Assembly (NCBI GenBank): GCA_003213715.1
Contig: QCMN01000003.1
Location: 13,057 to 77,056 of the forward strand
Length of the DNA stretch: 64,000 nt
Source: Pelagibacteraceae bacterium AG-422-B15
GTDB taxonomy: Bacteria > Pseudomonadota > Alphaproteobacteria > Pelagibacterales > AG-422-B15
Direction: 5' to 3'
Shown: piece by piece, positions 28,696-38,553 of the stretch
Numbering within the stretch: position 1 is the stretch's first letter
How the letters are laid out: every line of letters starts with the position of its first letter
The notes under the pieces: generated by a model
Told to the model about the DNA's origin: nothing
The model's input: the letters and a program-made list of their open reading frames with translations, nothing else
Database searches by the model: none
Made by a program: the position numbers and the translations under genes

Positions 28696-29822
28696 AAAAA
28701 ATTGGAATAATTGGCGGAGGCATATCTGGTCTTACTTTAGGTTGCGTTCTAAAGGGATCTGGAAAAGAATGTATAATTTTTGAAAGATCAAGCGCACCAA
28801 GTGAATATGGCGCAGGAATATCATTAACTCCCAACGCTTGTAAAATACTAGATGAAATAGATATTTTAGATGCTGTTAGAGCAGAGTCTTGCTCTCCATT
28901 GGATATTGCTTGGAGAGATGATCAGGGAAATGTCATAAAAAAAGTAAATATCAATGAATTTGGAGAAGTAATTACATCAAATAGAAAAGTCTTAATAAAT
29001 AAACTGTATGAGAAATTTATTAATCTAGGTGGAGAAATAAAATTTAATCATGAATTGTTAGATATAATAAAAGAAAAAGAATTAGTTTTCAAAAATCAGA
29101 AAAATATTAGTGTAGACTACATTGCAGGCTGCGATGGGATAAAATCACTTATTAGAACAAATAAAATCAAAAAGGATAAAATTACTTTTTCAGGCTATAC
29201 CGCGTGGAGAGGTATTGGTTCGTCCGATAGCAAAAGAATAAATATATACCTAGGTAAAAATAGCCATATCGTCTGTTACCCTGTTAATGAAAAACTCGAA
29301 ACAAGTTTTATTGCAATAAAAAAAAGCAAAATAAAAAATAATGAAAGTTGGAGAGAAGAGGGAAGTCATGAAGATTTATTAGAGGATTTCTCATCCTATG
29401 GAAGTTTCATTAAATCATTATTTCAATCTTCAAAAAAAGTTTATAAGTGGGGTTTATTTGATCGAAAATCACTTAATTCTTTTTCCAGTGGTAACATAAC
29501 TTTATTGGGAGACTCGGCGCACCCGATGATGCCGTTTTTGGGTCAAGGCGGCGCTATGGCACTGGAAGATGCATATATATTTGGAAATTTAGTAAATATG
29601 TCTGACGATCTTAATTTTGTAAGAAATAATTATGAGAAATTGAGGGTGGGTAGGACTAATGCAATTAAAAGATCTTCAAGATATCAGGGATATATAAATC
29701 ATTTAGGAAACCCAATTCTGAAATCATTAAGAAATTTTATGCTAAAAAACACAGATATTGCTATGCGAAGAACTAAGAACATTTATAATTACGAACCATT
29801 GAAAGTTATTAACAATTTATAA
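28692..29822 (+). CDS. FAD-dependent monooxygenase (salicylate hydroxylase-like family)
   Basis: GGGISG, GCDGIKS and LLGDSAHPMMPFLGQG motifs. Confidence 0.9.
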   Translation: MKKIGIIGGGISGLTLGCVLKGSGKECIIFERSSAPSEYGAGISLTPNACKILDEIDILDAVRAESCSPLDIAWRDDQGNVIKKVNINEFGEVITSNRKVLINKLYEKFINLGGEIKFNHELLDIIKEKELVFKNQKNISVDYIAGCDGIKSLIRTNKIKKDKITFSGYTAWRGIGSSDSKRINIYLGKNSHIVCYPVNEKLETSFIAIKKSKIKNNESWREEGSHEDLLEDFSSYGSFIKSLFQSSKKVYKWGLFDRKSLNSFSSGNITLLGDSAHPMMPFLGQGGAMALEDAYIFGNLVNMSDDLNFVRNNYEKLRVGRTNAIKRSSRYQGYINHLGNPILKSLRNFMLKNTDIAMRRTKNIYNYEPLKVINNL

Positions 29823-29824
29823 GT

Positions 29825-30631
29825 ATGACTACACTACCAGAAACAAAAGCCTGTAAAGTTAATATAGAAAATGAATGGTTAACTATTTCATTCAATCAAC
29901 CAGAAAAAAGAAATGCATTAACTAGCGAATTAACTGCTGATATTAAAAATATTTTTGATGCAGCACGCAATGATTTGGGTGTGAGAGGCGTTACCATGAG
30001 AGGAGAAGGGGGAATATTTTGTGCAGGTGGAGATTTAAAAATGTTTAAAACTGGTTTTCAAGGTGGAGAACAGGGTATGAAAGACGTTGAAGAGGCCAGT
30101 GCTTTAACGGGTGCGTTTTTTGATATGATAAACTCTTATCCAAAGCCAGTTGTTATGCTAGCTGAAGGAGCGGCGATGGCTGGTGGTCTTGGAATGCTTT
30201 GCGCTGGAGATATTGTGGTAGTGACTGAAGACTGTAAATTTGCTTTAACAGAAACTACTCTCGGAATACCTCCTGCACAAATTGCCCCCTTTGTTGCACA
30301 AAGAATAGGTTTAGCTAAAGCTAGACGTATCATGCTTACCGCAGCACGGTTTACAGGTAAAGAAGCGTTTGAAATGGGATTAGCAGATTTTATAGCAAAA
30401 GATGCTAATGATTTAAAAAATATTGAGTCTGATATAATTAAAGGTGTTATGAATTGTGCCCCTGGGGCAAATGCTATTACAAAAGAAATTGTCCTAGCCA
30501 CAAGACAGTTAGAGAGAAGTGAAATGATCGATTTTGCTGCAAAAGGTTTTGCTGAACGCATGCTAAGTGATGAAGGCAGAGAAGGCATTGCATCTTTTCT
30601 TGAGAAACGTAAACCGAAATGGTCAAAATGA
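29825..30631 (+). CDS. Enoyl-CoA hydratase/isomerase (AtuE/LiuC-like)
   Basis: FCAGGDLK, ETTLGIPPAQIAPFV and EGREG..FLEKRKPKW motifs. Confidence 0.88.
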   Translation: MTTLPETKACKVNIENEWLTISFNQPEKRNALTSELTADIKNIFDAARNDLGVRGVTMRGEGGIFCAGGDLKMFKTGFQGGEQGMKDVEEASALTGAFFDMINSYPKPVVMLAEGAAMAGGLGMLCAGDIVVVTEDCKFALTETTLGIPPAQIAPFVAQRIGLAKARRIMLTAARFTGKEAFEMGLADFIAKDANDLKNIESDIIKGVMNCAPGANAITKEIVLATRQLERSEMIDFAAKGFAERMLSDEGREGIASFLEKRKPKWSK

Positions 30632-31455
30632 CAGATCAAAATTTAGAATTACAACAAGCTTATGATTTTTGTAATGAAAGCAATGCAGTATACAAACTAT
30701 TATCATCTTTAAATGATAATGATTATGAGGAAAAAACTCAGTTTAAAGGTTGGAATTTTAACAACGTTATCGGCCACCTTCATGTATGGAATTATGCCGC
30801 AGATTTATCTCTTCAAGACGGAAATGATTGGAAAAATTTTGCCAACAGTGCTCTTGAAATGCTTGGTAAAGGTTCAACGATGAATCAATTTGAGGAAACT
30901 ATAACTAAGGGAATTAAAGGAAGAGAATTACTAGATACTTGGAAATCATATTACGAGAAAATGACTGAACGATTTGCGGCAGCTGATCCAAAAAAGAGAG
31001 TTAAATGGATGGGTCCCGATATGAGTGCAAGATCCTCAATAAGCGCAAGACACATGGAGACATGGGCTCATGCCCAAGAGTTATATGATACGCTAGGCGT
31101 TGATAGAATTAACGAGGATCGTATTAAAAACATAGTTATTATTGGAAATAACACATTTAAATATTGCTTTACAATAAATAAGAGAGAACTTCCTGAAGAA
31201 ACTCCAAGACTAGAATTAACTGCACCATCTGGTGAGGTTTGGGAGTTTAATAATCCGTCTAATAAAAATATAATATCAGGAAAGGCCGAAGAATTTTGTC
31301 AAGTTGTTACACAAGTAAGAAATATTAAAGATGTTAATCTTAATGTATCTGGCGACATAGCAAACGATTGGATGTCAATTGCTCAATGTTTTGCAGGCGG
31401 CGCAGAAACACCACCTAGGCCCGGTACAAGAAAAAAAGTTAATCGAAAAAATTAA
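30628..31455 (+). CDS. TIGR03084/MDMPI family metal-binding protein
   Basis: IGHL, ARHMETWAH and FCQVVTQ motifs; ATGA overlap with the hydratase. Confidence 0.85.
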   Translation: MTDQNLELQQAYDFCNESNAVYKLLSSLNDNDYEEKTQFKGWNFNNVIGHLHVWNYAADLSLQDGNDWKNFANSALEMLGKGSTMNQFEETITKGIKGRELLDTWKSYYEKMTERFAAADPKKRVKWMGPDMSARSSISARHMETWAHAQELYDTLGVDRINEDRIKNIVIIGNNTFKYCFTINKRELPEETPRLELTAPSGEVWEFNNPSNKNIISGKAEEFCQVVTQVRNIKDVNLNVSGDIANDWMSIAQCFAGGAETPPRPGTRKKVNRKN

Positions 31456-31768
31456 GTAATCTAAGCAAAAAAATAATTGACCAAAAAAGCATTTCAGTAT
31501 TAATGCCATTAATTAAAGAACTCGCTCCGAAGACAACATTTGCATAAATTATAATTCCAATAATAGTTAAGCAAAAAAATGTTCCTAAAGTTTTCTGATA
31601 AATATTTGGATTAAATACTGACTCCCTTAGTCCATACCCTGAAAAATATGCAAGTATGCTAGATGCAGCAAAAACGAAAGCATTTATAATATTGCTTAAT
31701 GAGGATATATATATTGATAATATAAATATGAGGCAAAATAAGAATAGTTTGCTATAATTAATAACCAT
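31439..31768 (-). CDS. Hypothetical membrane protein
   Basis: Hydrophobic 109-aa ORF directly after the winged-helix gene. Confidence 0.55.
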   Translation of the reverse strand: MVINYSKLFLFCLIFILSIYISSLSNIINAFVFAASSILAYFSGYGLRESVFNPNIYQKTLGTFFCLTIIGIIIYANVVFGASSLINGINTEMLFWSIIFLLRLLNFFD

Positions 31769-31769
31769 T

Positions 31770-32180
31770 CTACTTTGGGGTTTTCATAGCAACACCATTT
31801 AATGGTCCGAACGTCTCAGCATCTGCCTTAATCCAATTTTCATAATCTTTGTAAGCAGTCATTGTTAATTCTAAACTTTTTATACGCTTATCGTTAGGTA
31901 GGGGAGTTTTTTTGATAAACCCTTTTTGTATTCCAGCCTCAATAATTGATTGTATTGAAGATTTAGAGCCTGTTTTAGGTGAAATAGACTCGCACAAATG
32001 CTGAAAAGAAGTTGTATAATTGGGATCAAAAGTTGCCAACGCAATTATTGTCATCACATTCCAATGTAAAGGAGATTGGAAGATAAAGTTTGTGAGAGGT
32101 AAATTAAGTTCATATTCGTCATAAAATCTTAAAGCAGACTTTATTGTTTTAACAATTTCTTGATGGTGCTTGCTATTCAT
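31770..32180 (-). CDS. MarR-like winged-helix protein
   Basis: SKSSIQSII..G.QKGFI.K....DKR wing motif. Confidence 0.65.
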   Translation of the reverse strand: MNSKHHQEIVKTIKSALRFYDEYELNLPLTNFIFQSPLHWNVMTIIALATFDPNYTTSFQHLCESISPKTGSKSSIQSIIEAGIQKGFIKKTPLPNDKRIKSLELTMTAYKDYENWIKADAETFGPLNGVAMKTPK

Positions 32181-32256
32181 TGATAAGGAATACTATTAGA
32201 CTCCCGTAATAAATAATTACCTATGTTTGGTAATAGTTTTTAAATATTATTTTTAT

Positions 32257-33234
32257 TCAAACAGCAATTTTAGAGAGTCTTGATGCGATAATTGCTTCAG
32301 CTTCAGCAACAACTCTTTCAATTAGTTCTTTACAAGTTGGTATATCGTGAATAAGTCCAGCTACCATACCACAACTCCATGCGCCAGCATCCATCGCACC
32401 TTCTTGCATGATTTTAGGATAAACACCTGCAACCTCACCAAAGATATCTTGTATTTGAATCTCATCTCCCAGAGATTTTTCTTTTTCGAGTATTTTTGTA
32501 ACTGCATCATTTTTTAATACTCTTTCTGTATTTCTTAATGGTCGCATAATTAGTTCAGTATCGAGTTCACTTGCATTCACTAATGCCTCTTTTACATTTT
32601 GATGCACTGGAGCCTCTTTTGTTGCAATAAAGCGTGTTCCCATGTTTACACCTTCTGCTCCCATTGCTAAAGCTGCAACTAATTGTTGACCATTTCCCAT
32701 ACCACCAGAAGCAATAAATGGAATTTTTAACTCTTCAAAAGCACGCGGTAAAAGTATCATATTTGGAATATCGTCCTCACCTGGGTGGCCACCACATTCA
32801 AAGCCGTCAACACTTGCTGCGTCACATCCGATTTTTTCTGCTTTTAGAGCATGTCTAACAGACGTACACTTATGTATTACTTTTATTCCGGCATCTTTAA
32901 GAAGTGGCATAAATTTTTCAGGACTTCTTCCAGCCGTTTCTACAATTTTTACTCCACCTTTTACAATTGACTCTATATAGCCAGGATAATCTGGGTTTGC
33001 AAAACCTGGAAGGAAAGTCAAATTAACACCAATTGGTTTATCAGTCATATCTTTGCAACGAGCTATTTCGTTCGCAAGGTCTTTCGGACTGGCTTGAGTA
33101 AGTCCAGTTATTATTCCTAAGCCTCCAGCATTAGAAACAGCTGCAGCCATTTCAGCAAAGCCAACATAATGCATACCGCCCTGTACAATTGGATGATCTA
33201 TTTCGAACATTTCTGTAATTTTTGTTTTAATCAT
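32257..33234 (-). CDS. Nitronate monooxygenase/FabK family flavoenzyme
   Basis: PIVQGGM, VSNAGGLG, ECGGHPG and MGTRF motifs. Confidence 0.9.
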   Translation of the reverse strand: MIKTKITEMFEIDHPIVQGGMHYVGFAEMAAAVSNAGGLGIITGLTQASPKDLANEIARCKDMTDKPIGVNLTFLPGFANPDYPGYIESIVKGGVKIVETAGRSPEKFMPLLKDAGIKVIHKCTSVRHALKAEKIGCDAASVDGFECGGHPGEDDIPNMILLPRAFEELKIPFIASGGMGNGQQLVAALAMGAEGVNMGTRFIATKEAPVHQNVKEALVNASELDTELIMRPLRNTERVLKNDAVTKILEKEKSLGDEIQIQDIFGEVAGVYPKIMQEGAMDAGAWSCGMVAGLIHDIPTCKELIERVVAEAEAIIASRLSKIAV

Positions 33235-33329
33235 TGTTTTTCCCAGATTTATAAATAATTTGAATATTAGACTTTATCGAGCTTTTTAAATCAAGCAGAT
33301 TTTTCAGCTATTTATTTGAAAGGATTATT

Positions 33330-33545
33330 ATGATTAATCGACTTAAGTGGGCTAGTACTTTCTTTATCTTGGTTGGTATTTTACTGACTAATTTAAATAT
33401 TTATCCTTTAAATATATTTGTTCATGGAACAGGTGCGATTGGATGGACAATGGTAGGATATATGATGGCAGATCGGGCAATATTAACAAATTTTGGACTT
33501 CAAATCCCTTTGTTTATAATTGGTAATATATATCTTTTGGTATAA
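33330..33545 (+). CDS. Small membrane protein (DUF6552-like)
   Basis: LKW...NIYPLN...W...DRA pattern; SD AAGGA. Confidence 0.7.
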   Translation: MINRLKWASTFFILVGILLTNLNIYPLNIFVHGTGAIGWTMVGYMMADRAILTNFGLQIPLFIIGNIYLLV

Positions 33546-33554
33546 GTAATTTGT

Positions 33555-33938
33555 ATGTCTGAAAAAGAGATGGTTATTAACATATTCGGTGATGAGATTG
33601 AAGCTTGTTGCTATGATCCAATGACAGGATATTTTAGAGATGGTTTTTGTAATACTGACGAACATGATTATGGAAGTCATGTGGTTTGCGCAGTAATGAC
33701 GGATGATTTCTTAGAATTTAGTAAATCTAAAGGAAATGATCTCTCAACCCCAAGACCTGAATTCAATTTTCCTGGATTAAAAGAAGGTGATCGCTGGTGC
33801 CTTTGTGCTTTGAGATGGAAAGAAGCATATGATGCAGGCGTTGCGCCAAAAGTACATCTTGAAAGTTGTCATTTAAATTCTTTAAACTTTGTTACGAAAG
33901 AGCAATTAGAAGAGCATGCAGTAAATAGATTAAATTAA
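33555..33938 (+). CDS. DUF2237 family protein
   Basis: PMTGYFRDGFC, GNDLSTP and DRWCLCALRW motifs. Confidence 0.93.
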   Translation: MSEKEMVINIFGDEIEACCYDPMTGYFRDGFCNTDEHDYGSHVVCAVMTDDFLEFSKSKGNDLSTPRPEFNFPGLKEGDRWCLCALRWKEAYDAGVAPKVHLESCHLNSLNFVTKEQLEEHAVNRLN

Positions 33939-33943
33939 TAACA

Positions 33944-35014
33944 ATGAAATTTTTTATCTCAATAATCTTTTTTTTACTCACCTTTAATTTAAATGCTTCG
34001 GAATACAAATTAGAAAAAGTTATTTCTGGTCTTAATAAGCCATGGGGTATGAGTTTTATTAATGACAATGAACTATTCCTTACACAAAAATCAGGTGAAA
34101 TTTTAAAAATTAATTTAACTACAAAAGAAGTAAAAAATTTTTCCCACAATTTAAAAGTTGTTCAGCCACATTGGCAAGCTGGTATGCTCGATATTATTTA
34201 TAAAGATGGAGAGGTTTTTGTTAGTTATACAGAGGATAGAGGGAATGACAAGACAAGCACTTCAATTGCTAGAGGTATTATTAGAGATGAAAGTTTTAGT
34301 GAAATAGAAAATATTTTTCAATCAGACTCTTCATGGAATAATATTCACTGGGGCTCAAGACTAATGTTTAAAGATGACCTGCTCTACGCAAGCATTGGTG
34401 AACGTGGGCATGGAAGTGTTGCACAGGATCCCACAAGTTATTTTGGTAAAATGATCAGAATAAATAAAGATGGGTCAGCACCAAAAGATAACCCTTATGC
34501 AGACAATGAAGGCTGGCTACCTGAGATATATCAAATAGGCCTAAGAAACCCTCAGGGAATAATCTTAAACCCTCAAGATGATGAAATATATATAACTAAT
34601 CACGGTCCAAGAGGCGGAGATTTTTTTGGAAAAGTTGAGGCTGGCACTAATTACGGTTGGGCAGATGTTGCTTGGGGCGGAATAGATTATGATGGTTCAA
34701 TTATTGGCGATGGAAGTGCCTGGAAAGAAGGTCTCTTAAAGCCAATTTATACCTGGATTCCTTCAATTGCTGTTAGTGATATGACTTTTTATGGAGGAGA
34801 CTTGTTTCCTGACTTAAAAAACAAATTGCTTATAACTAGCTTAAAAGCACAGAAATTAATCTCACTTGAATTTGATGGAAAAAAAGCAAGAAATGAAACA
34901 ATTCTCTTTGAAAAGATTGGCCGAGTTCGAGATGTAGAGGCAAATAGCGCGGGTGAAATCTTTGTAATTATTGACAACGATAACAGCGGTATTTGGAAAC
35001 TAGTCAGTGATTAA
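33944..35014 (+). CDS. PQQ-dependent sugar dehydrogenase family (YliI-like)
   Basis: GLNKPW, GLRNPQG, HGPRGGD and NYGW motifs; signal peptide. Confidence 0.9.
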   Translation: MKFFISIIFFLLTFNLNASEYKLEKVISGLNKPWGMSFINDNELFLTQKSGEILKINLTTKEVKNFSHNLKVVQPHWQAGMLDIIYKDGEVFVSYTEDRGNDKTSTSIARGIIRDESFSEIENIFQSDSSWNNIHWGSRLMFKDDLLYASIGERGHGSVAQDPTSYFGKMIRINKDGSAPKDNPYADNEGWLPEIYQIGLRNPQGIILNPQDDEIYITNHGPRGGDFFGKVEAGTNYGWADVAWGGIDYDGSIIGDGSAWKEGLLKPIYTWIPSIAVSDMTFYGGDLFPDLKNKLLITSLKAQKLISLEFDGKKARNETILFEKIGRVRDVEANSAGEIFVIIDNDNSGIWKLVSD

Positions 35015-35550
35015 TGTTTTATTTTTATTTAATAATTAAAATCATAGCTTATTACTCGCTTCCTCTTTATTTGTTTCAAAAAAGAAATTTTCACAACAAA
35101 TTATTTAGTATTCAGTCTTTTTTATTGTTTGCATGGCTAGTTTACTTAGCATACTTATCATATTTGCCATTCATAGATTACTACTACACGAATGAACTGA
35201 ATGTTCAGTTTATAATACCAAATTATGCTGTTTTTATTTTGCCAGTTTTATTTGCTCCCATGCCATTATTATATTATTTATTTTTTACAGTCTTAGTATC
35301 TAAAGTTAAGATATTGACCATAGTCTTTGGACTTCTGTTTTTATTAATAAGCTCAATGATAATTTTCGGTATTGAGATTTTTAATCACCAAAAAAGAGTA
35401 CCATTAGAAAAGATGTGTTATGATTATCACAGCGACTCAGAAGAAAAACTTTCGTGCTGTCTAAAGGCAGGTTATATTTGGCAGGAGGGATTTAGCTATT
35501 TTGAAGATATACCCCTTGGCTGTAAAAAATATATGAATTGGAATGAATAA
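35014..35550 (+). CDS. Hypothetical membrane protein
   Basis: About 4 TM segments and a Cys-containing tail; coupled to both neighbours. Confidence 0.6.
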   Translation: MFYFYLIIKIIAYYSLPLYLFQKRNFHNKLFSIQSFLLFAWLVYLAYLSYLPFIDYYYTNELNVQFIIPNYAVFILPVLFAPMPLLYYLFFTVLVSKVKILTIVFGLLFLLISSMIIFGIEIFNHQKRVPLEKMCYDYHSDSEEKLSCCLKAGYIWQEGFSYFEDIPLGCKKYMNWNE

Positions 35551-35944
35551 TATGAGTAATGTTAATTTACTTTTAGGAAGAATTATAATTGGAATTTATT
35601 TTTTAGTTTTTGGAGCAATATTTAAATTATTTAATTATGAATTTACTCTAAATTATATGTTTGATCATCAAGTGCCGTATACAGAAATATCTCTAATAAT
35701 CACAATTATTTTACAAAGCATATGTTCAGTTTCAATCTTAGTCGGCTATTATTCAAAATTATCAGCCTTTGTATTAGCGCTACTGACAATACTAATAAAT
35801 TACTATATGCACGATTTTTGGAATATGAGTGAGGGCTTGGAGCAAAGACATGAACTTCAAAATTTTGTTAAAAATACTGGAATAATCGCAGGCTTATTAA
35901 TTTTATCAGCTGTTCACCCCGGCAAATACAAATTAGGTCATTAG
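35543..35944 (+). CDS. DoxX family protein
   Basis: HDFWN and FVKN..I.AGLL motifs. Confidence 0.88.
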   Translation: MNNMSNVNLLLGRIIIGIYFLVFGAIFKLFNYEFTLNYMFDHQVPYTEISLIITIILQSICSVSILVGYYSKLSAFVLALLTILINYYMHDFWNMSEGLEQRHELQNFVKNTGIIAGLLILSAVHPGKYKLGH

Positions 35945-36721
35945 ATGTACAAATATTTCCTACAAGGACTAAGAATAGGCGTCATTTCTAATTTATTTCT
36001 ACTTTGGGCATCTTTAACAATAGCAAACATTAGCAATGACTTGTTCCTCGTCGTTCCTGCTATAATTTTAATATCAGTTTCTGCATTCAGATGTTTGTTT
36101 CCTGTAAATTATGCTTCTAAATCAGTAATCATTGACACAGTTCTTTCTTCAGTATTTGTGACACGATTTTTAGTAACCATCGTTGAGGTGACATATATCT
36201 ATATGTTTAGTTATGTGCTCAGGATTATTAATTCTGATCAGTATATGTTTGTTGATTTAATTTCTTGGTTAATGGTAATCCAAGTAATTATTTCACAGTT
36301 TTTTTGCTGGGGCGCAATACTTTTGAAATACGAACGCTTTTATTTTTATGAAGAATTTGGATGGTTTGTAATATTTTTCATTAATACGATTTTAAGTATA
36401 GTTATGCTTAGCTTAGATCTATCAAATGCTCATCATTCACTTATTATTATTAACATAGTTTTTGGAGCTTTATATCTACCCTGGCAAGTACTGCATTTAA
36501 AATCTATTACAAAAAGAATAAATACCAATCCTGAAATCAAAGCTCAAGAATTCAATATGGATCTATCTAAAGTTAAGTTGGAATTTGTAAGCTCAATCGA
36601 TGATCGAAAAGTATCTTTTGAAAGTAACGATTGGGGTGGAGTAGTTGGGATGATGTGGATGTACGGATATTGGATATTATTTATTCCAGTTTGGATGTTT
36701 TATATTATTTTAATTATTTAA
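35945..36721 (+). CDS. Hypothetical membrane protein
   Basis: 258-aa multi-TM ORF (SAFRCLFPV). Confidence 0.7.
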   Translation: MYKYFLQGLRIGVISNLFLLWASLTIANISNDLFLVVPAIILISVSAFRCLFPVNYASKSVIIDTVLSSVFVTRFLVTIVEVTYIYMFSYVLRIINSDQYMFVDLISWLMVIQVIISQFFCWGAILLKYERFYFYEEFGWFVIFFINTILSIVMLSLDLSNAHHSLIIINIVFGALYLPWQVLHLKSITKRINTNPEIKAQEFNMDLSKVKLEFVSSIDDRKVSFESNDWGGVVGMMWMYGYWILFIPVWMFYIILII

Positions 36722-37480
36722 CTATTCACCCATATAGGCTTGCTTAACATCTGCGTTATTTTTGATTTCTTCAGGTAGGCCCGATGCAAGTATTTTTCCG
36801 TAATTAAGAGCAAGTATCCGATCTGACACTTTATTAACAAAACTCATGTCATGCTCAATCATAATTATGGTAATTCCTAATAAAGATTGAATATCTTTTA
36901 TCCAAAAGCCAAGATCAATTGTTTCCTCATTTGTTAATCCTGATGATGGTTCATCTAATAAAAGTAATTTTGGATCAGTACAAAGAGCTCTTGCAAGCTC
37001 AACATTTTTTCGAACACCGTAGGGAAGGCCGTTTATAAGAGTATCTCGGTAATGTTGAAGGTCTAGAAAGTCAATTACCTCTTCAACTTTAAGTCTGTAT
37101 TCATGTTCTTGCTTACGGGCACTGGGTGTAAAGAATACTTCTGATAATATATTTGTTCTTTTATAAATATGTCGTCCAAGGAGTAAGTTTTGTAGAACGG
37201 TTGCATTTTCAAATAATTCTAAATTTTGAAATGTTCTTGCTATTCCAAGCTTTGATATATTGTGAGGTTTAGTTTTTGAGATGTTTTGATTTTCAAAATA
37301 TATCTCCCCTTTGCTTGGCTCATAGATTCTACTAATTACATTGAAGAGCGTTGATTTACCTGCTCCGTTTGGACCAATTATTGTAAATATTTCACCTTTG
37401 TCGACACCGAACGATACATCATTAAGGGCTTTTACTCCTCCAAATGCTACAGTGATATTTTTTACTTCAAACAAACTCAT
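36722..37480 (-). CDS. Branched-chain-type ABC transporter ATPase (LivG-like)
   Basis: FGGVKAL, GPNGAGKST, RTFQN and IEHDM motifs. Confidence 0.93.
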   Translation of the reverse strand: MSLFEVKNITVAFGGVKALNDVSFGVDKGEIFTIIGPNGAGKSTLFNVISRIYEPSKGEIYFENQNISKTKPHNISKLGIARTFQNLELFENATVLQNLLLGRHIYKRTNILSEVFFTPSARKQEHEYRLKVEEVIDFLDLQHYRDTLINGLPYGVRKNVELARALCTDPKLLLLDEPSSGLTNEETIDLGFWIKDIQSLLGITIIMIEHDMSFVNKVSDRILALNYGKILASGLPEEIKNNADVKQAYMGE

Positions 37481-38553
37481 TATACTCGGTCCGATTTAGT
37501 AAATACTTTTTGTTTTTTAAATGTTTGTCTTTTGTAGGTAGGAAACAGTTCAAAGAATAACTTTATTTTCATCCATCTTCCATAAATCCCAAGTGGTTCG
37601 TACAAAATGAAGAATACAAGTATTATTCCAAACAACATTGGCTCTAGACCTGGTTGTGAACCAATAGAGCTTGGTAAATAGTCGCGACAGATGGCAATTA
37701 ATTGCGGTAAGAAGCCAACGAATATTGCTCCAAACACTGTTCCATGTAAACTTCCCATTCCACCAACAACGATAAGCAAAAGTAACGTTAAAGATAAAAA
37801 GATATTAAATATATCTGGAGCTAGGTATCCAATGTAATGAGCAAGTAATGCGCCAGCTAGGCCAGTAAAAGCTCCAGAAATAGCGAATGATAAAGCTTTA
37901 TAGAGACCTAAGTTAACGCCTAAACTTTGTGCCGCTATTTCACTGTCTCGAATAGCAACAAATGCTCTTCCTGTTGGTGATCTTAGTATATTGATTGCCG
38001 CAAACATCGCTGCAATAAGAAAGACAAGGCAGACATAATAAAAGAAAACACTGTCATAGAAGCTCATACCCAAGAATTCTGGTTGAGGCACAGGTAATCC
38101 TCTGTTACCGCCTGTAAAGTGTTCCCATTTTATAAAAACATGTTCCGCAATAAAGCCCAAGGCTAATGTTGCGATAGCTAAATACATCCCTGTTAAGCGT
38201 AGGATTGGTATTCCTATTGCTGCACCTACTAGAAATGAAACAATTATTACAATAGGGATTGATGCATAAAAAGGTATTCCATTAGTTAGTAAGAAGGCAT
38301 GAGTATAAGCGCCAACTCCTAAGAACGCAGCGTGACCTAAGGATGCAAGTCCGGTGTATCCAGACAAAATCATGAGACCAATTCCAGCAATGGATAGAAT
38401 ACAAATATATGAAATTTCACCTAAGTAAAAATCATCTAATACAAGTGGTAACGCAACCATAATTAATATAAGCAGTGAATACCAAAAACGATCACCGTTA
38501 TGCTTTGCAATATTTATATCTTGTGAATATTTTGTTTTAAAAATAAATCTCAT
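37480..38553 (-). CDS. Branched-chain-type ABC permease (LivM-like)
   Basis: SLGHAAF, YLAIATL and GRAFVAIRD motifs. Confidence 0.92.
   Translation of the reverse strand: MRFIFKTKYSQDINIAKHNGDRFWYSLLILIMVALPLVLDDFYLGEISYICILSIAGIGLMILSGYTGLASLGHAAFLGVGAYTHAFLLTNGIPFYASIPIVIIVSFLVGAAIGIPILRLTGMYLAIATLALGFIAEHVFIKWEHFTGGNRGLPVPQPEFLGMSFYDSVFFYYVCLVFLIAAMFAAINILRSPTGRAFVAIRDSEIAAQSLGVNLGLYKALSFAISGAFTGLAGALLAHYIGYLAPDIFNIFLSLTLLLLIVVGGMGSLHGTVFGAIFVGFLPQLIAICRDYLPSSIGSQPGLEPMLFGIILVFFILYEPLGIYGRWMKIKLFFELFPTYKRQTFKKQKVFTKSDRV

Noticed and set aside
30136-30639. 167-aa minus-strand ORF and the many other 60-110 aa overlapping ORFs in the track
   Set aside because: They are antisense or off-frame shadows of well-supported genes and have no motifs.
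32216-32234. ATTACC-N7-GGTAAT inverted repeat upstream of the winged-helix gene
   Set aside because: It could be an operator, but it is a single 6-bp-arm instance in AT-rich DNA and I found no second copy.
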